The notes beneath the pieces are model-generated. The model was not told where the DNA came from and did not search any database. It worked only from the letters and a program-made list of their open reading frames with translations. Shown here piece by piece: positions 9,942-18,742 of a DNA stretch of 64,000 nucleotides. How positions within the stretch are numbered: position 1 is the stretch's first letter; every line of letters starts with the position of its first letter. This DNA comes from an uncultured Alphaproteobacteria bacterium. Lineage in GTDB: Bacteria > Pseudomonadota > Alphaproteobacteria > HIMB59 > GCA-002718135. Location of the stretch: assembly GCA_902560725.1 (NCBI GenBank), contig CACEMR010000001.1, positions 65,027 to 129,026 of the forward strand, written 5' to 3'. Made by a program: the position numbers and the translations under genes.

Positions 9942-11222
9942 TTATCCGCCGTATTTTTCTTTAAGTTGTTTTTCAACATCTTCATCCATACGCTCCCAAG
10001 CTTCTTCCATAGTCATTTCACCAACAATAGCTTGTCCTAATCTTGAGATAATTGCGTTAAACATAATACGGTTGTCAACGTGTGCCTGAAGATCAAAAGC
10101 AACTTGATCAATAGTTGGCACTGCGCCAGCAAAAGTGTTTAATGCGTGTTTTGCATTTGGATCATCAGTTTGATAGTCAACTTGTAGATCTAAGTGTCCA
10201 GGAATAGCAAGAACTTGACCAATAAAACTACTTAGTTGTTCTTTACTAGAAAGGTAGTCCATTACTTTTCCAACAGCAGGATTAGCATTGAATGCTAATA
10301 GTGCATTTCCACCTGGCATTCCAGTACATGCAGCAGGACCACATGGAGCTGGTACAGCCCACCAATCAAAATCATCTCCAACTTCGTTTGCGAATCTTCC
10401 AATTTGCCATGAACCACTCATCATGAAAACTACTTCAGCAGCATTCCACCAATCATTTGGGGCATGATATTTTGATCCTGAAACTGATCCCCAAAGATCT
10501 TTAGACATAGTACCTTCTTGATGCCAATCATAAAGCATTTGAGTCATAGCTTTTAAACCATCATCAACAAGTTTTGGATCACCATTTGAGTCAAAATATT
10601 TAGCACCCATTGAAATTGCTGGACCAGAAACACGGTGGCCTGATCTATCCCAAGCCATTGGAATAGGAGTTCCTGTTTTATTTGCTACTTCAATTGAAGC
10701 TGCTGCCCATTCTTCCCAAGTCGCACCAGGGCCTAATAGGTCTACACCAGCTTGTTCAAACAAAGTTTTATTTACATAAGGACCTGTTACAGTCATTGTA
10801 GAATGGAAACCATGTATTGAAGTTGTGTCTCCCGACTTACGATACCAATTTAAAAAAGGTCCAAAACTTTTTTCGTAGTAACTAGGATCAGCTACATAAG
10901 GTGTTATGTCAGCATAATATTTATTTAAACCACCAAGATCTGTAACTCTTGCAATATCAGGGCCTTCTCCAGCTGCCAGCTGAATAGGCAAAGTATTCAT
11001 AATTGCATCGTAAGGTACAATATCTAATATTACATTAATATCTGAATTTGCTGCATTGAACTCATCAATTTGTGCCGCTATTGGCACGTTTTCTTTATCT
11101 CCATCACCATACCACATAATTCTTACGTCAGTGGCAGCAAAAGAAACTGCAGAAATTAAAGTTAATGAGAGTGTAACTAAAGCTACAGAAATAGCTTTAA
11201 AAATAAACTTAAAGTTCATCAT
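9942..11222 (-). CDS. carbohydrate ABC transporter substrate-binding protein (family 1)
   Basis: Sec signal peptide (MMNFKFIFKAISVALVTLSLTLISAVSFAA). About 400-aa mature protein, W/D/G-rich as in CUT1 SBPs. First gene of the transporter operon. Confidence 0.85.
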   Translation of the reverse strand: MMNFKFIFKAISVALVTLSLTLISAVSFAATDVRIMWYGDGDKENVPIAAQIDEFNAANSDINVILDIVPYDAIMNTLPIQLAAGEGPDIARVTDLGGLNKYYADITPYVADPSYYEKSFGPFLNWYRKSGDTTSIHGFHSTMTVTGPYVNKTLFEQAGVDLLGPGATWEEWAAASIEVANKTGTPIPMAWDRSGHRVSGPAISMGAKYFDSNGDPKLVDDGLKAMTQMLYDWHQEGTMSKDLWGSVSGSKYHAPNDWWNAAEVVFMMSGSWQIGRFANEVGDDFDWWAVPAPCGPAACTGMPGGNALLAFNANPAVGKVMDYLSSKEQLSSFIGQVLAIPGHLDLQVDYQTDDPNAKHALNTFAGAVPTIDQVAFDLQAHVDNRIMFNAIISRLGQAIVGEMTMEEAWERMDEDVEKQLKEKYGG

Positions 11223-11358
11223 TTTTCCTCCTATTTTAATTAAACATAAACATATTAAATTATTTTATACAAGTGATAAAATTACAGAAATCATAGCTAA
11301 TTTATTAATAAAAGCTTAATACTATTTAAAAAAAATAAGATAAACTTATAGTAATGTA

Positions 11359-12735
11359 ATGATCGGTTATTTGGCTTTAGCAAGAGATACTTTTGATGTT
11401 AATTATGCAATTGATAAAAAGAATAGATTTGAAAAGTTTATTAATTCTTTTGCAAACGATATAGTAAAATACGATAGAATAATTTCAAATAATGATATTG
11501 GAAAAGAAGCAATTAACTTTTTTAGAAAATTAAATTGTAAGAAGTTTATTATTGCGCAAACAACATTTACAGATGCTAAATTTATCACTAAATTTGCTGA
11601 TATTTTTGATAAACCAATTTATTTTATTAGTTTTAAAGAACCGAGAACAGGAAAAAGATTAAGATTAAATTCATTATGCGGTGTTAATCTTGCTATGCAT
11701 TCATTAATGAAATTTAAACATAAACCTGAATTTTCAATATTCACAAACAATAAACTTTATGATTTTGATAAACTTAATAATTTTATTATTAATACAAAAA
11801 AAAATAAGAAAATTAATAAAATTAGAGAAATAAAAAAAAATAAAAATATTGGTAAAAAGTTATTTTTAAAAAAGAAGAATTTGGGCCTTATAGGTAAAAG
11901 ACCAGAAGGATTTTATACTTGTGATTATGATAGCTTAGAATTAGTTAAAAAATTAAATTACAACCTAAAAAAAATAAAATTAGAATCTTTATTTAATGAA
12001 TCTAAAAAAATAAAAGCTAAAGATATTTTGTTGACTAAAAGCAAAATTAAAAAAAACTTGGATTCTGTTTCTAAACTAAATCAGAAGGAGTTAGATAAAA
12101 GTATATCGATTTTTCATGGTTTAGAAAAAATAAAAAAAGATAAAAAAATTGATACATTTGCAATTAAATGCTGGCCTGAAATGTTTACAGAATATGGATG
12201 TGCTTCGTGCGGCCCAATGGCCATGATGAATGAAAAAGGTGTTAGTTGTGCATGTGAAGCTGATGTATTAGGAAGTGTCAGTTGCGATATATTAAATCAA
12301 ATTACCAATCAGCCATCATTACTTGTAGATGTAGTAGATTGTGATCCACAATCTGATACTGTAGTTTTCTGGCATTGCGGATTAGCGCCAATAAGTATGG
12401 CAAAAAAAAATTCAGCTAGTGCGACTATACACTCAAATAGAAAAAAACCTTTACTTCACAACTTTGCTCTAAAACCTGGAAAGATTACTATTTTTAGAGT
12501 GTCTAAGTCAGAGAATAAATTAAAATTTTTTGTATTAAGAGCAGAAATTTTAAATAAAAAAAATTCATTTTCTGGAACATCGGGTGTTGTTAAATTTGCA
12601 AAAAACACATATCCGAAATTAAAGAGAATATTCTCTTCAGGTATGGAGCATCACTTTGCTTTTACATATGGAAATATTTATTCTGATTTAATAAAAATAA
12701 GTAAACAATTAAATATTCCTATCTACACAGCATGA
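11359..12735 (+). CDS. putative sugar isomerase (L-fucose/L-arabinose isomerase-like family)
   Basis: The C-terminal half (CWPE...CACEADVLG...FWHCG) resembles FucI/AraA-like isomerase cores from memory. The middle is K/N-rich. The assignment is tentative. Confidence 0.45.
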   Translation: MIGYLALARDTFDVNYAIDKKNRFEKFINSFANDIVKYDRIISNNDIGKEAINFFRKLNCKKFIIAQTTFTDAKFITKFADIFDKPIYFISFKEPRTGKRLRLNSLCGVNLAMHSLMKFKHKPEFSIFTNNKLYDFDKLNNFIINTKKNKKINKIREIKKNKNIGKKLFLKKKNLGLIGKRPEGFYTCDYDSLELVKKLNYNLKKIKLESLFNESKKIKAKDILLTKSKIKKNLDSVSKLNQKELDKSISIFHGLEKIKKDKKIDTFAIKCWPEMFTEYGCASCGPMAMMNEKGVSCACEADVLGSVSCDILNQITNQPSLLVDVVDCDPQSDTVVFWHCGLAPISMAKKNSASATIHSNRKKPLLHNFALKPGKITIFRVSKSENKLKFFVLRAEILNKKNSFSGTSGVVKFAKNTYPKLKRIFSSGMEHHFAFTYGNIYSDLIKISKQLNIPIYTA

Positions 12736-13820
12736 ATCAGAAAATTAAATATGGAATTATTGGAACAGGATTAATGGGGCGCGAACATATATCTAACATT
12801 AATCTTATAGAAGAAGCAGAAATCATAGCTATTTCAGATACATGTGAAAATTCTCTAAATGAAACAAAAAGCTTACTAAATAATGATATCAAAATTTACT
12901 CTGACTACAATCAAATATTTAATATTAATGAAATTGATGCTTTTATCATAGCGACCCCTAATTTCACCCACAATGAAATAGTTAAAAAAGCATTAAATAC
13001 AAAAAAACATATACTCGTTGAAAAACCATTATGTTCAAAACTTGAAGATTGCATGGAATTAAAAAAAATATCGTCAGAATATCCTTCGATAATTTGGGTT
13101 GCTATGGAATATAGATACATGCCTCCTATTCAAAAAATGTTGGAAGAAATAAATAAAAAAGAAATTGGTAAATTACAAATGCTATCAATTCGTGAACACA
13201 GATTTCCTTTTTTAAAAAAAGTTGATGATTGGAACAGGTTTCAAATTAATACTGGTGGTACCTTAGTAGAGAAATGTTGTCATTTTTTTGACCTTATGAG
13301 GCTTATAACTAAGAGTGAAGCAGTACAGGTTTATGCTAGTGGTAGTCAGGGAGTTAATCATTTAAATGAAGAATATGATGGTAAAATTCCTGATATAATT
13401 GACAATGCATTTGTTATTGTTGATTTTATAAATGGAATCAGAGGATCTTTAGAACTTTGTATGTTTGCAGAAAACTCTGAAATGCAAGAAGAATTATGTG
13501 TAATTGGTAGTAAAGGTAAAATAGAAACTGGCGTTCCTGCTGATGCATCTGGGAAAGACTCATCTGATGTTAGAATTGGTTTAAGAAATTCAAATGAACC
13601 CAAAAAAGAAAAAGTAATTGTAGATAAAAATATTTTAGCTGCTGGTCAACATCATGGGTCTACTTATTTTCAGCATCTAGAATTCATAAAATCTATTAAA
13701 AATAATTTATTGCCTCAAGTATCTTTGAATGATGGCTTACAAGCTGTTGCTATAGGTCAAGCTGCTGAACTCTCCATTAAAGAAAATCGAGTTATTAAAA
13801 TGAAAGAGTTTATTTTATAA
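12732..13820 (+). CDS. Gfo/Idh/MocA family oxidoreductase
   Basis: YGIIGTGLMGREH, VEKPL and GGTLVEKCCHFFD motifs. ATGA overlap with the upstream isomerase-like gene. Confidence 0.85.
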   Translation: MNQKIKYGIIGTGLMGREHISNINLIEEAEIIAISDTCENSLNETKSLLNNDIKIYSDYNQIFNINEIDAFIIATPNFTHNEIVKKALNTKKHILVEKPLCSKLEDCMELKKISSEYPSIIWVAMEYRYMPPIQKMLEEINKKEIGKLQMLSIREHRFPFLKKVDDWNRFQINTGGTLVEKCCHFFDLMRLITKSEAVQVYASGSQGVNHLNEEYDGKIPDIIDNAFVIVDFINGIRGSLELCMFAENSEMQEELCVIGSKGKIETGVPADASGKDSSDVRIGLRNSNEPKKEKVIVDKNILAAGQHHGSTYFQHLEFIKSIKNNLLPQVSLNDGLQAVAIGQAAELSIKENRVIKMKEFIL

Positions 13821-14744
13821 ATTATAAAAAAAATTTATTATTTTTTCTGCTATAAAATTACTTACTCTTTGATTTGACTCTTCAGTAATACCAGCAATAT
13901 GAGGAGTTAAAATACAATTCATATCAGGATTAATTTTATCTAAAAAACTTCTTTTAACTGGTTCAGTTTCATAAACATCAATTGCGAATCCAGAAATTAA
14001 TTTTTTTAAATAAGCATTTATTAAATCTTTTTCATTTATTATACCACCTCTTGAGGAATTAATTATAATTGGTTTATTTTTCATTTTTACAAATGAATTT
14101 TTATCTATTAAATTTTTTGTATTTTCAGTAAATGGTAAATGAATAGAAATTATATCTGCAGTATTAAAAATATTATCTAGTGTGGTTAATTTAATATTCT
14201 CTTTGCTAAGATCAGTTTCATTTAAATAAGGATCATAGGCTAAATTATTTACTCTAAATGCATTAGCTAAATTTGCTACTTTTCTTCCTATTAAACCAAA
14301 ACCGATTATACCAAGTGTTTTGCCTTGCAGTTCATTAGAACTAATTGATGTTCGAGGCCATTCTCCTTTAATTGTTCTAGAATTTAAATTGGGAATTTTT
14401 CTTAATAGTGATAATGAACTATTAATAACATATTCAGCAACAGAATCAGCGTTCATACCTGTGGCTATTTGAATTTTAATATTATTTTTTTCACAAAAAT
14501 TTGTATCTATATTATCTAAACCAACACCTAATCTACCAATAAACTTAAGTTTTTTTGCATATTGCAAAATATTACTATTTAACTGTGTTTTATTTCTAAC
14601 AATTATAACATCAACATTTTCTATTTTTTTTTCAATCAAATCAGAATTTTTCCAAATTTCATCATCATAAATAATTTCAAATTTTTTATTAAGTAAATCG
14701 ATAGCAGATTGATCCATAAACTCTGTAATCAAGATTTTATTCAT
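13815..14744 (-). CDS. D-2-hydroxyacid dehydrogenase (SerA/GyaR-like)
   Basis: LGIIGFGLIGRKVA NAD motif, SRGGIINE and TPHIAG. Confidence 0.8.
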   Translation of the reverse strand: MNKILITEFMDQSAIDLLNKKFEIIYDDEIWKNSDLIEKKIENVDVIIVRNKTQLNSNILQYAKKLKFIGRLGVGLDNIDTNFCEKNNIKIQIATGMNADSVAEYVINSSLSLLRKIPNLNSRTIKGEWPRTSISSNELQGKTLGIIGFGLIGRKVANLANAFRVNNLAYDPYLNETDLSKENIKLTTLDNIFNTADIISIHLPFTENTKNLIDKNSFVKMKNKPIIINSSRGGIINEKDLINAYLKKLISGFAIDVYETEPVKRSFLDKINPDMNCILTPHIAGITEESNQRVSNFIAEKIINFFYNL

Positions 14745-15649
14745 AAGATTTTTATAACTTTAATTTTTTTTGAAAATCTGCTAACAGAATTTAGATTAGG
14801 AATTGAATACACGCCTCCACTCTTCATACATTTTAATGTAGCAGTTGATGTTGCAAAAATTATACTTTGGGTAATGTTCTTTTTTTGATTTAAAGCTGAG
14901 GCAAACGCACCATGAAATACATCACCTGCACAGTTTGTTTCTACTACTTTTACTTTGGGGGGTTTGCAATGATATAGATTGCCATCCTCAATCCACAAAA
15001 CTCCATTTGAACCTAAAGTAACTGCAACAAATTTATTCGTTTCTTTGTAAATATCTAATAGTTTTTTTTGAATATTTCCTTTTTTTTTATATTCTTTTAT
15101 TCCTTCTTCAGAAAAAATTGGATGAGAGGCATTTTTAACAATCGATTTTATTTTTTTTGATAATTTGAAATTGTCAAGATCAGCAACACAAAATATTTTT
15201 TTCTTTTGTGTTTTTTTAGAAATAAATTCTGATAATTCTACCCATCTACTGTCAATGGAGTAAACTTTATTTTTATTAAAGTTTAAATCTGGTTTCTTAG
15301 TATAATTTAACAATTTAACATCATTATAAGCTGCTAATAACCTTTCACCATTTTTATCTTCAATGACATAGCTTTGTGATGTTTGAGCATTTTTAATAAA
15401 TATTGAATTTTTTGTATTTATTGAATTCTTTTTAAACTCGCTGATTAAAAATTTTGATGCGTCGTCATTCCCAAATCTACCTATAAATTCTGACTTACAT
15501 CCTAATTTTTTCGCTGTAAATGATGCAACTGCTGCAGATCCGCCAAGTCTTCTCTCTATTTTTTTTGATAAAATTTTAATTGGTTTTTTTGGAAGTTTAT
15601 CAACTTTGCTTACATGATCTAAGAATATTGATCCAATACAAACTATCAT
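14741..15649 (-). CDS. PfkB-family carbohydrate kinase
   Basis: 302 aa with the C-terminal PfkB signature TNCAGDVFHGAF. 4-nt overlap with the downstream dehydrogenase. Confidence 0.8.
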   Translation of the reverse strand: MIVCIGSIFLDHVSKVDKLPKKPIKILSKKIERRLGGSAAVASFTAKKLGCKSEFIGRFGNDDASKFLISEFKKNSINTKNSIFIKNAQTSQSYVIEDKNGERLLAAYNDVKLLNYTKKPDLNFNKNKVYSIDSRWVELSEFISKKTQKKKIFCVADLDNFKLSKKIKSIVKNASHPIFSEEGIKEYKKKGNIQKKLLDIYKETNKFVAVTLGSNGVLWIEDGNLYHCKPPKVKVVETNCAGDVFHGAFASALNQKKNITQSIIFATSTATLKCMKSGGVYSIPNLNSVSRFSKKIKVIKIL

Positions 15650-15661
15650 AAAATTTAAAAC

Positions 15662-16231
15662 TTATAAGTAAGGGACCAAGCCTATGTATTTTCTAAACCT
15701 ATCTCTTATTGATATTGGATGAATTGGTATTGGCTTCACTGAAACATTACCTGAATTTATTCTAGATATTATAACATAAGAATTATTTTTATCTTCTATT
15801 GCTTGGTCTAATCTTTTTGATGTATCTTCACCGTTGCACTCTATAACTTTTTTACAACCAGAACCTATTGCAACCTCTTTTAAAGATGTTGCTTCATTTG
15901 TAAAAGTTTTCTGATCACCAGTTGAGCCATAGGATCCATTATCAATTATTAACAAAGTATAATTATTAGGCGCTCTGTTACCTATAGTTGCTAAAGTATT
16001 CATGTTCATTAATACTGATCCATCGCCATCAATACTAACAACTTCTTTATTTTGAGATAAAGCTAAACCTAAACCAATAGAAGATGATAGTCCCATGCTA
16101 CCAAGCATATAAAAATAATTTGGCTGATCATTAATTTGATATAATTCTTGTGATGGTAATCCAATATTACAAATAACAAGTTTATCTTTTAAACTCTCTT
16201 GTAATTTCTCTAATAGGTCAAATCGATTCAT
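15662..16231 (-). CDS. ThDP-dependent decarboxylase beta subunit (ComE-like; sulfopyruvate/phosphonopyruvate decarboxylase family)
   Basis: 189 aa with the ThDP-Mg motif GDGSVLMNMNTLATIGNRAPNNYTLLIIDNGSYGSTG. The size fits ComE. Confidence 0.75.
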   Translation of the reverse strand: MNRFDLLEKLQESLKDKLVICNIGLPSQELYQINDQPNYFYMLGSMGLSSSIGLGLALSQNKEVVSIDGDGSVLMNMNTLATIGNRAPNNYTLLIIDNGSYGSTGDQKTFTNEATSLKEVAIGSGCKKVIECNGEDTSKRLDQAIEDKNNSYVIISRINSGNVSVKPIPIHPISIRDRFRKYIGLVPYL

Positions 16232-16728
16232 TCATCATCCTTCATTAGATCAAAATCACATAAAATTGCTACTGGAGACTCAATAATTTTTGCATGTTCT
16301 GTAAAAGTAGTGATTTTATTTAAATCATTTTCAGAGGAGCAATGAAGCATAGGTATCTTGAGGGTATGTAAAATGTCTTCGGTGATTTTAGCCATACCAC
16401 CTTGTGCGCCAACTTGTTCTCCTGGTGTCCCTCTATAGCTTATTAGAAAAACAACAGGTAATTGATATAGTTGCAAAAGTGATACAATTGCATTTACAGA
16501 ATTACCAATTCCAGTATTTTGCATCATAATACAAGGTAACTTATCGCCTAAATAAGCACCAGCACAAATTCCCATCCCCTCTTCCTCTCTTGGAACTGCT
16601 GAATAATAAACTTCATCATCCTTTTCTAAAATTTCAATCATATTAGCTAACAATTTACACGGGACACTTAAATAAAAGTTTACTCCACCTTTTTTAAGAC
16701 TAGTAATTATTTTTTTACTCATTTTCAT
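16228..16728 (-). CDS. ThDP-dependent decarboxylase alpha subunit (ComD-like)
   Basis: 166 aa with the pyrimidine-binding domain pattern SVPC...REEEGMGICAGAYL...MQNTGIGNSVNA...YRG. 4-nt overlap with the beta subunit. Confidence 0.75.
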   Translation of the reverse strand: MKMSKKIITSLKKGGVNFYLSVPCKLLANMIEILEKDDEVYYSAVPREEEGMGICAGAYLGDKLPCIMMQNTGIGNSVNAIVSLLQLYQLPVVFLISYRGTPGEQVGAQGGMAKITEDILHTLKIPMLHCSSENDLNKITTFTEHAKIIESPVAILCDFDLMKDDE

Positions 16729-16769
16729 TTTTAGCGCTCTTATAGGTATACATATGTTAAAACAATAAA

Positions 16770-17825
16770 TTAATTTAAGAAGTCATTTCTTAGTTTAATT
16801 TTTGTTGATCTTTTATAGATTTCTCCTTTTTTTAAAATTGGTGAAGGAAAACTAGAATGATTTATTGCATCTGGAAATATTTGTGTTTCTAAACACATCC
16901 CAAATTGAATGCCATATGCTTTATTATGTTTCCCATTGTACTTATCTTTCATCATATTACCTGTATAAAATTGTATTCCAGGTTGGTCAGTAAAATATTC
17001 AACACCCATTCCTGTTTTGGAACTATAAATTGTGGCACTTGGATAAATTGTATCACTTTTAATTAGAGAATAATTATGATCAATACCCCCACTATCTAAA
17101 AAAGCTTTATCTATTTTAAAAAATTTATTTAAGTCAAATTTTGTATCCTTAACATCTATAAGATTTCCTGTCGGAATGGACTGGTCATCAGTTTCGCATA
17201 TTGAATTTGAATTTATTTTTACAAAATGATCAATAATATTTTGGTAATGATTATCATGACCATGAAAATTCCAATAGTTGTGATTAGTTAAATTGACTAT
17301 GGTATCCTTATCAGCAGAAGCAATAAAATTAATTAAAATTTCATTATCATCATTCAATTCATAAACTGTTTTGCAATCTAAATTACCTGGATAGTTTTCT
17401 TCTAAGTCTTTAGAATAATAATTTAAAGTGCATCTTGTAAAATTTTTTTCATTTTTTATTTCTTTTATTTTCCATATTTTTTTATTAAAACCCTCTTTGC
17501 CTCCATGAAGATGATTAGGTGGTGTGTTTGAAAATAAATTATACTCCTTTTGATTTAATATAAACTTACTATTGCCAATTCTATTGCACACTCTTCCAAT
17601 AATTGAATTAAAGTATCCGTCAGCTTGAAGAAGGTCTTCAAATTTATCATAACCAAGTAAAACATCTTCCCTGTAATGTGGATTATGAAAATTTGGAATC
17701 AACACTTCATGCATATAACCGCCTAAAGTATAGAATTTTATTTTATAATTATTTGAATTCTCTATTTCAATAATATCAATATCTAAATTATAATTATTTG
17801 GTAATTTTGAAATATTGTATTTCAT
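16770..17825 (-). CDS. aldose 1-epimerase (mutarotase family)
   Basis: 351 aa with NHLHGG, NLTNHNYWN and MCLETQ motifs typical of the GalM family. Confidence 0.85.
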   Translation of the reverse strand: MKYNISKLPNNYNLDIDIIEIENSNNYKIKFYTLGGYMHEVLIPNFHNPHYREDVLLGYDKFEDLLQADGYFNSIIGRVCNRIGNSKFILNQKEYNLFSNTPPNHLHGGKEGFNKKIWKIKEIKNEKNFTRCTLNYYSKDLEENYPGNLDCKTVYELNDDNEILINFIASADKDTIVNLTNHNYWNFHGHDNHYQNIIDHFVKINSNSICETDDQSIPTGNLIDVKDTKFDLNKFFKIDKAFLDSGGIDHNYSLIKSDTIYPSATIYSSKTGMGVEYFTDQPGIQFYTGNMMKDKYNGKHNKAYGIQFGMCLETQIFPDAINHSSFPSPILKKGEIYKRSTKIKLRNDFLN

Positions 17826-18742
17826 TAAACTTTTCTAACGCGTTCTTTATTATAGTAATTTTGACGTAGATAAATAATTATACCACCGGCTATAATAAAT
17901 AAAGCGCCTGGAAATAGTTGATCTACTGGCCATTCACTAAAAAATATCCATCCTAAAATTAAAGCGAAGAATATTTCTATATAATCAAAAGGCATAATTT
18001 TACTTAATTCAGCTTTTCTTGAACCATATATCAGCAAAAGAACACCAGTTCCCCCAGCTAAACCCATTATAAACAATACAACTAAATCATATAAATTTTT
18101 GAAATTTTCCCACATTCCAAATGAAATAACTAAGATTGCTGAACAGATAACAGTCCCAATATTTGCATATAAATTAATTAAAGGCACAGGAGTATCATTA
18201 GAAAAATTTAAAGCTGTAACTCTTGCAAGAGAGTAACCGAATGCAGCCATTACAGGAAGTAACATATAAAAATTAAAACTTTCAGACCAAGGTTGCATAA
18301 TAAATATTATCCCAACAAAACCAGTTAAAACTGCTAATGTTTTATACCATCCAAATTTTTCACCAAGAAGAGGTATTGCTAATAACGTAACCATCATAGG
18401 TCCGGTATATTCCATAGTTGCTACCAAAGCATAAGGTAAATAAAGATATGATGTATATAAACATAGTTGAGCAAAAGACATTATTAGTCCTCTTGCTAAG
18501 CCGAAACGCCATCTTTTTATTACTAATTTTCTTCCACTTGCATGCCAATCTTTAGAGAAATATAAAACGATAAAACATGGAACCATTCCAAATAGATTTC
18601 TAAAAACTGATAATTGTGCGGCTGGATAATCGTTACGTAAATATTTTATTGCAATACCCATGCAGTCTAGCAAAAATAATCCTGATAAAGAAAGGGCAAC
18701 AGCTATAAATAAATTACTTTTTAACCACAATTTACACCACAT
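17825..18742 (-). CDS. DMT-superfamily (EamA-like) transporter
   Basis: About 10 predicted TM helices and a two-EamA-repeat architecture. The start overlaps the upstream ATPase gene by 22 nt, and no alternative ATG precedes TM1. Confidence 0.75.
   Translation of the reverse strand: MWCKLWLKSNLFIAVALSLSGLFLLDCMGIAIKYLRNDYPAAQLSVFRNLFGMVPCFIVLYFSKDWHASGRKLVIKRWRFGLARGLIMSFAQLCLYTSYLYLPYALVATMEYTGPMMVTLLAIPLLGEKFGWYKTLAVLTGFVGIIFIMQPWSESFNFYMLLPVMAAFGYSLARVTALNFSNDTPVPLINLYANIGTVICSAILVISFGMWENFKNLYDLVVLFIMGLAGGTGVLLLIYGSRKAELSKIMPFDYIEIFFALILGWIFFSEWPVDQLFPGALFIIAGGIIIYLRQNYYNKERVRKV

Noticed and set aside
9942-11222. The visibly higher G+C and K-poor composition of the two SBP genes (also 22957-25005), xsc, petB and znuA, considered as evidence of horizontal transfer.
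   Set aside because: The shift tracks protein class (secreted, membrane, or likely highly expressed) rather than contiguous islands. No flanking tRNA, integrase or repeat boundaries are present.
11700-12150. K/N-rich low-complexity stretch in the FucI-like protein, considered as an inserted element or domain.
   Set aside because: Lysine/asparagine enrichment is pervasive in cytoplasmic proteins of this AT-rich window (uvrC, pgeF, midA and others). There are no repeat boundaries or mobile-element signatures.
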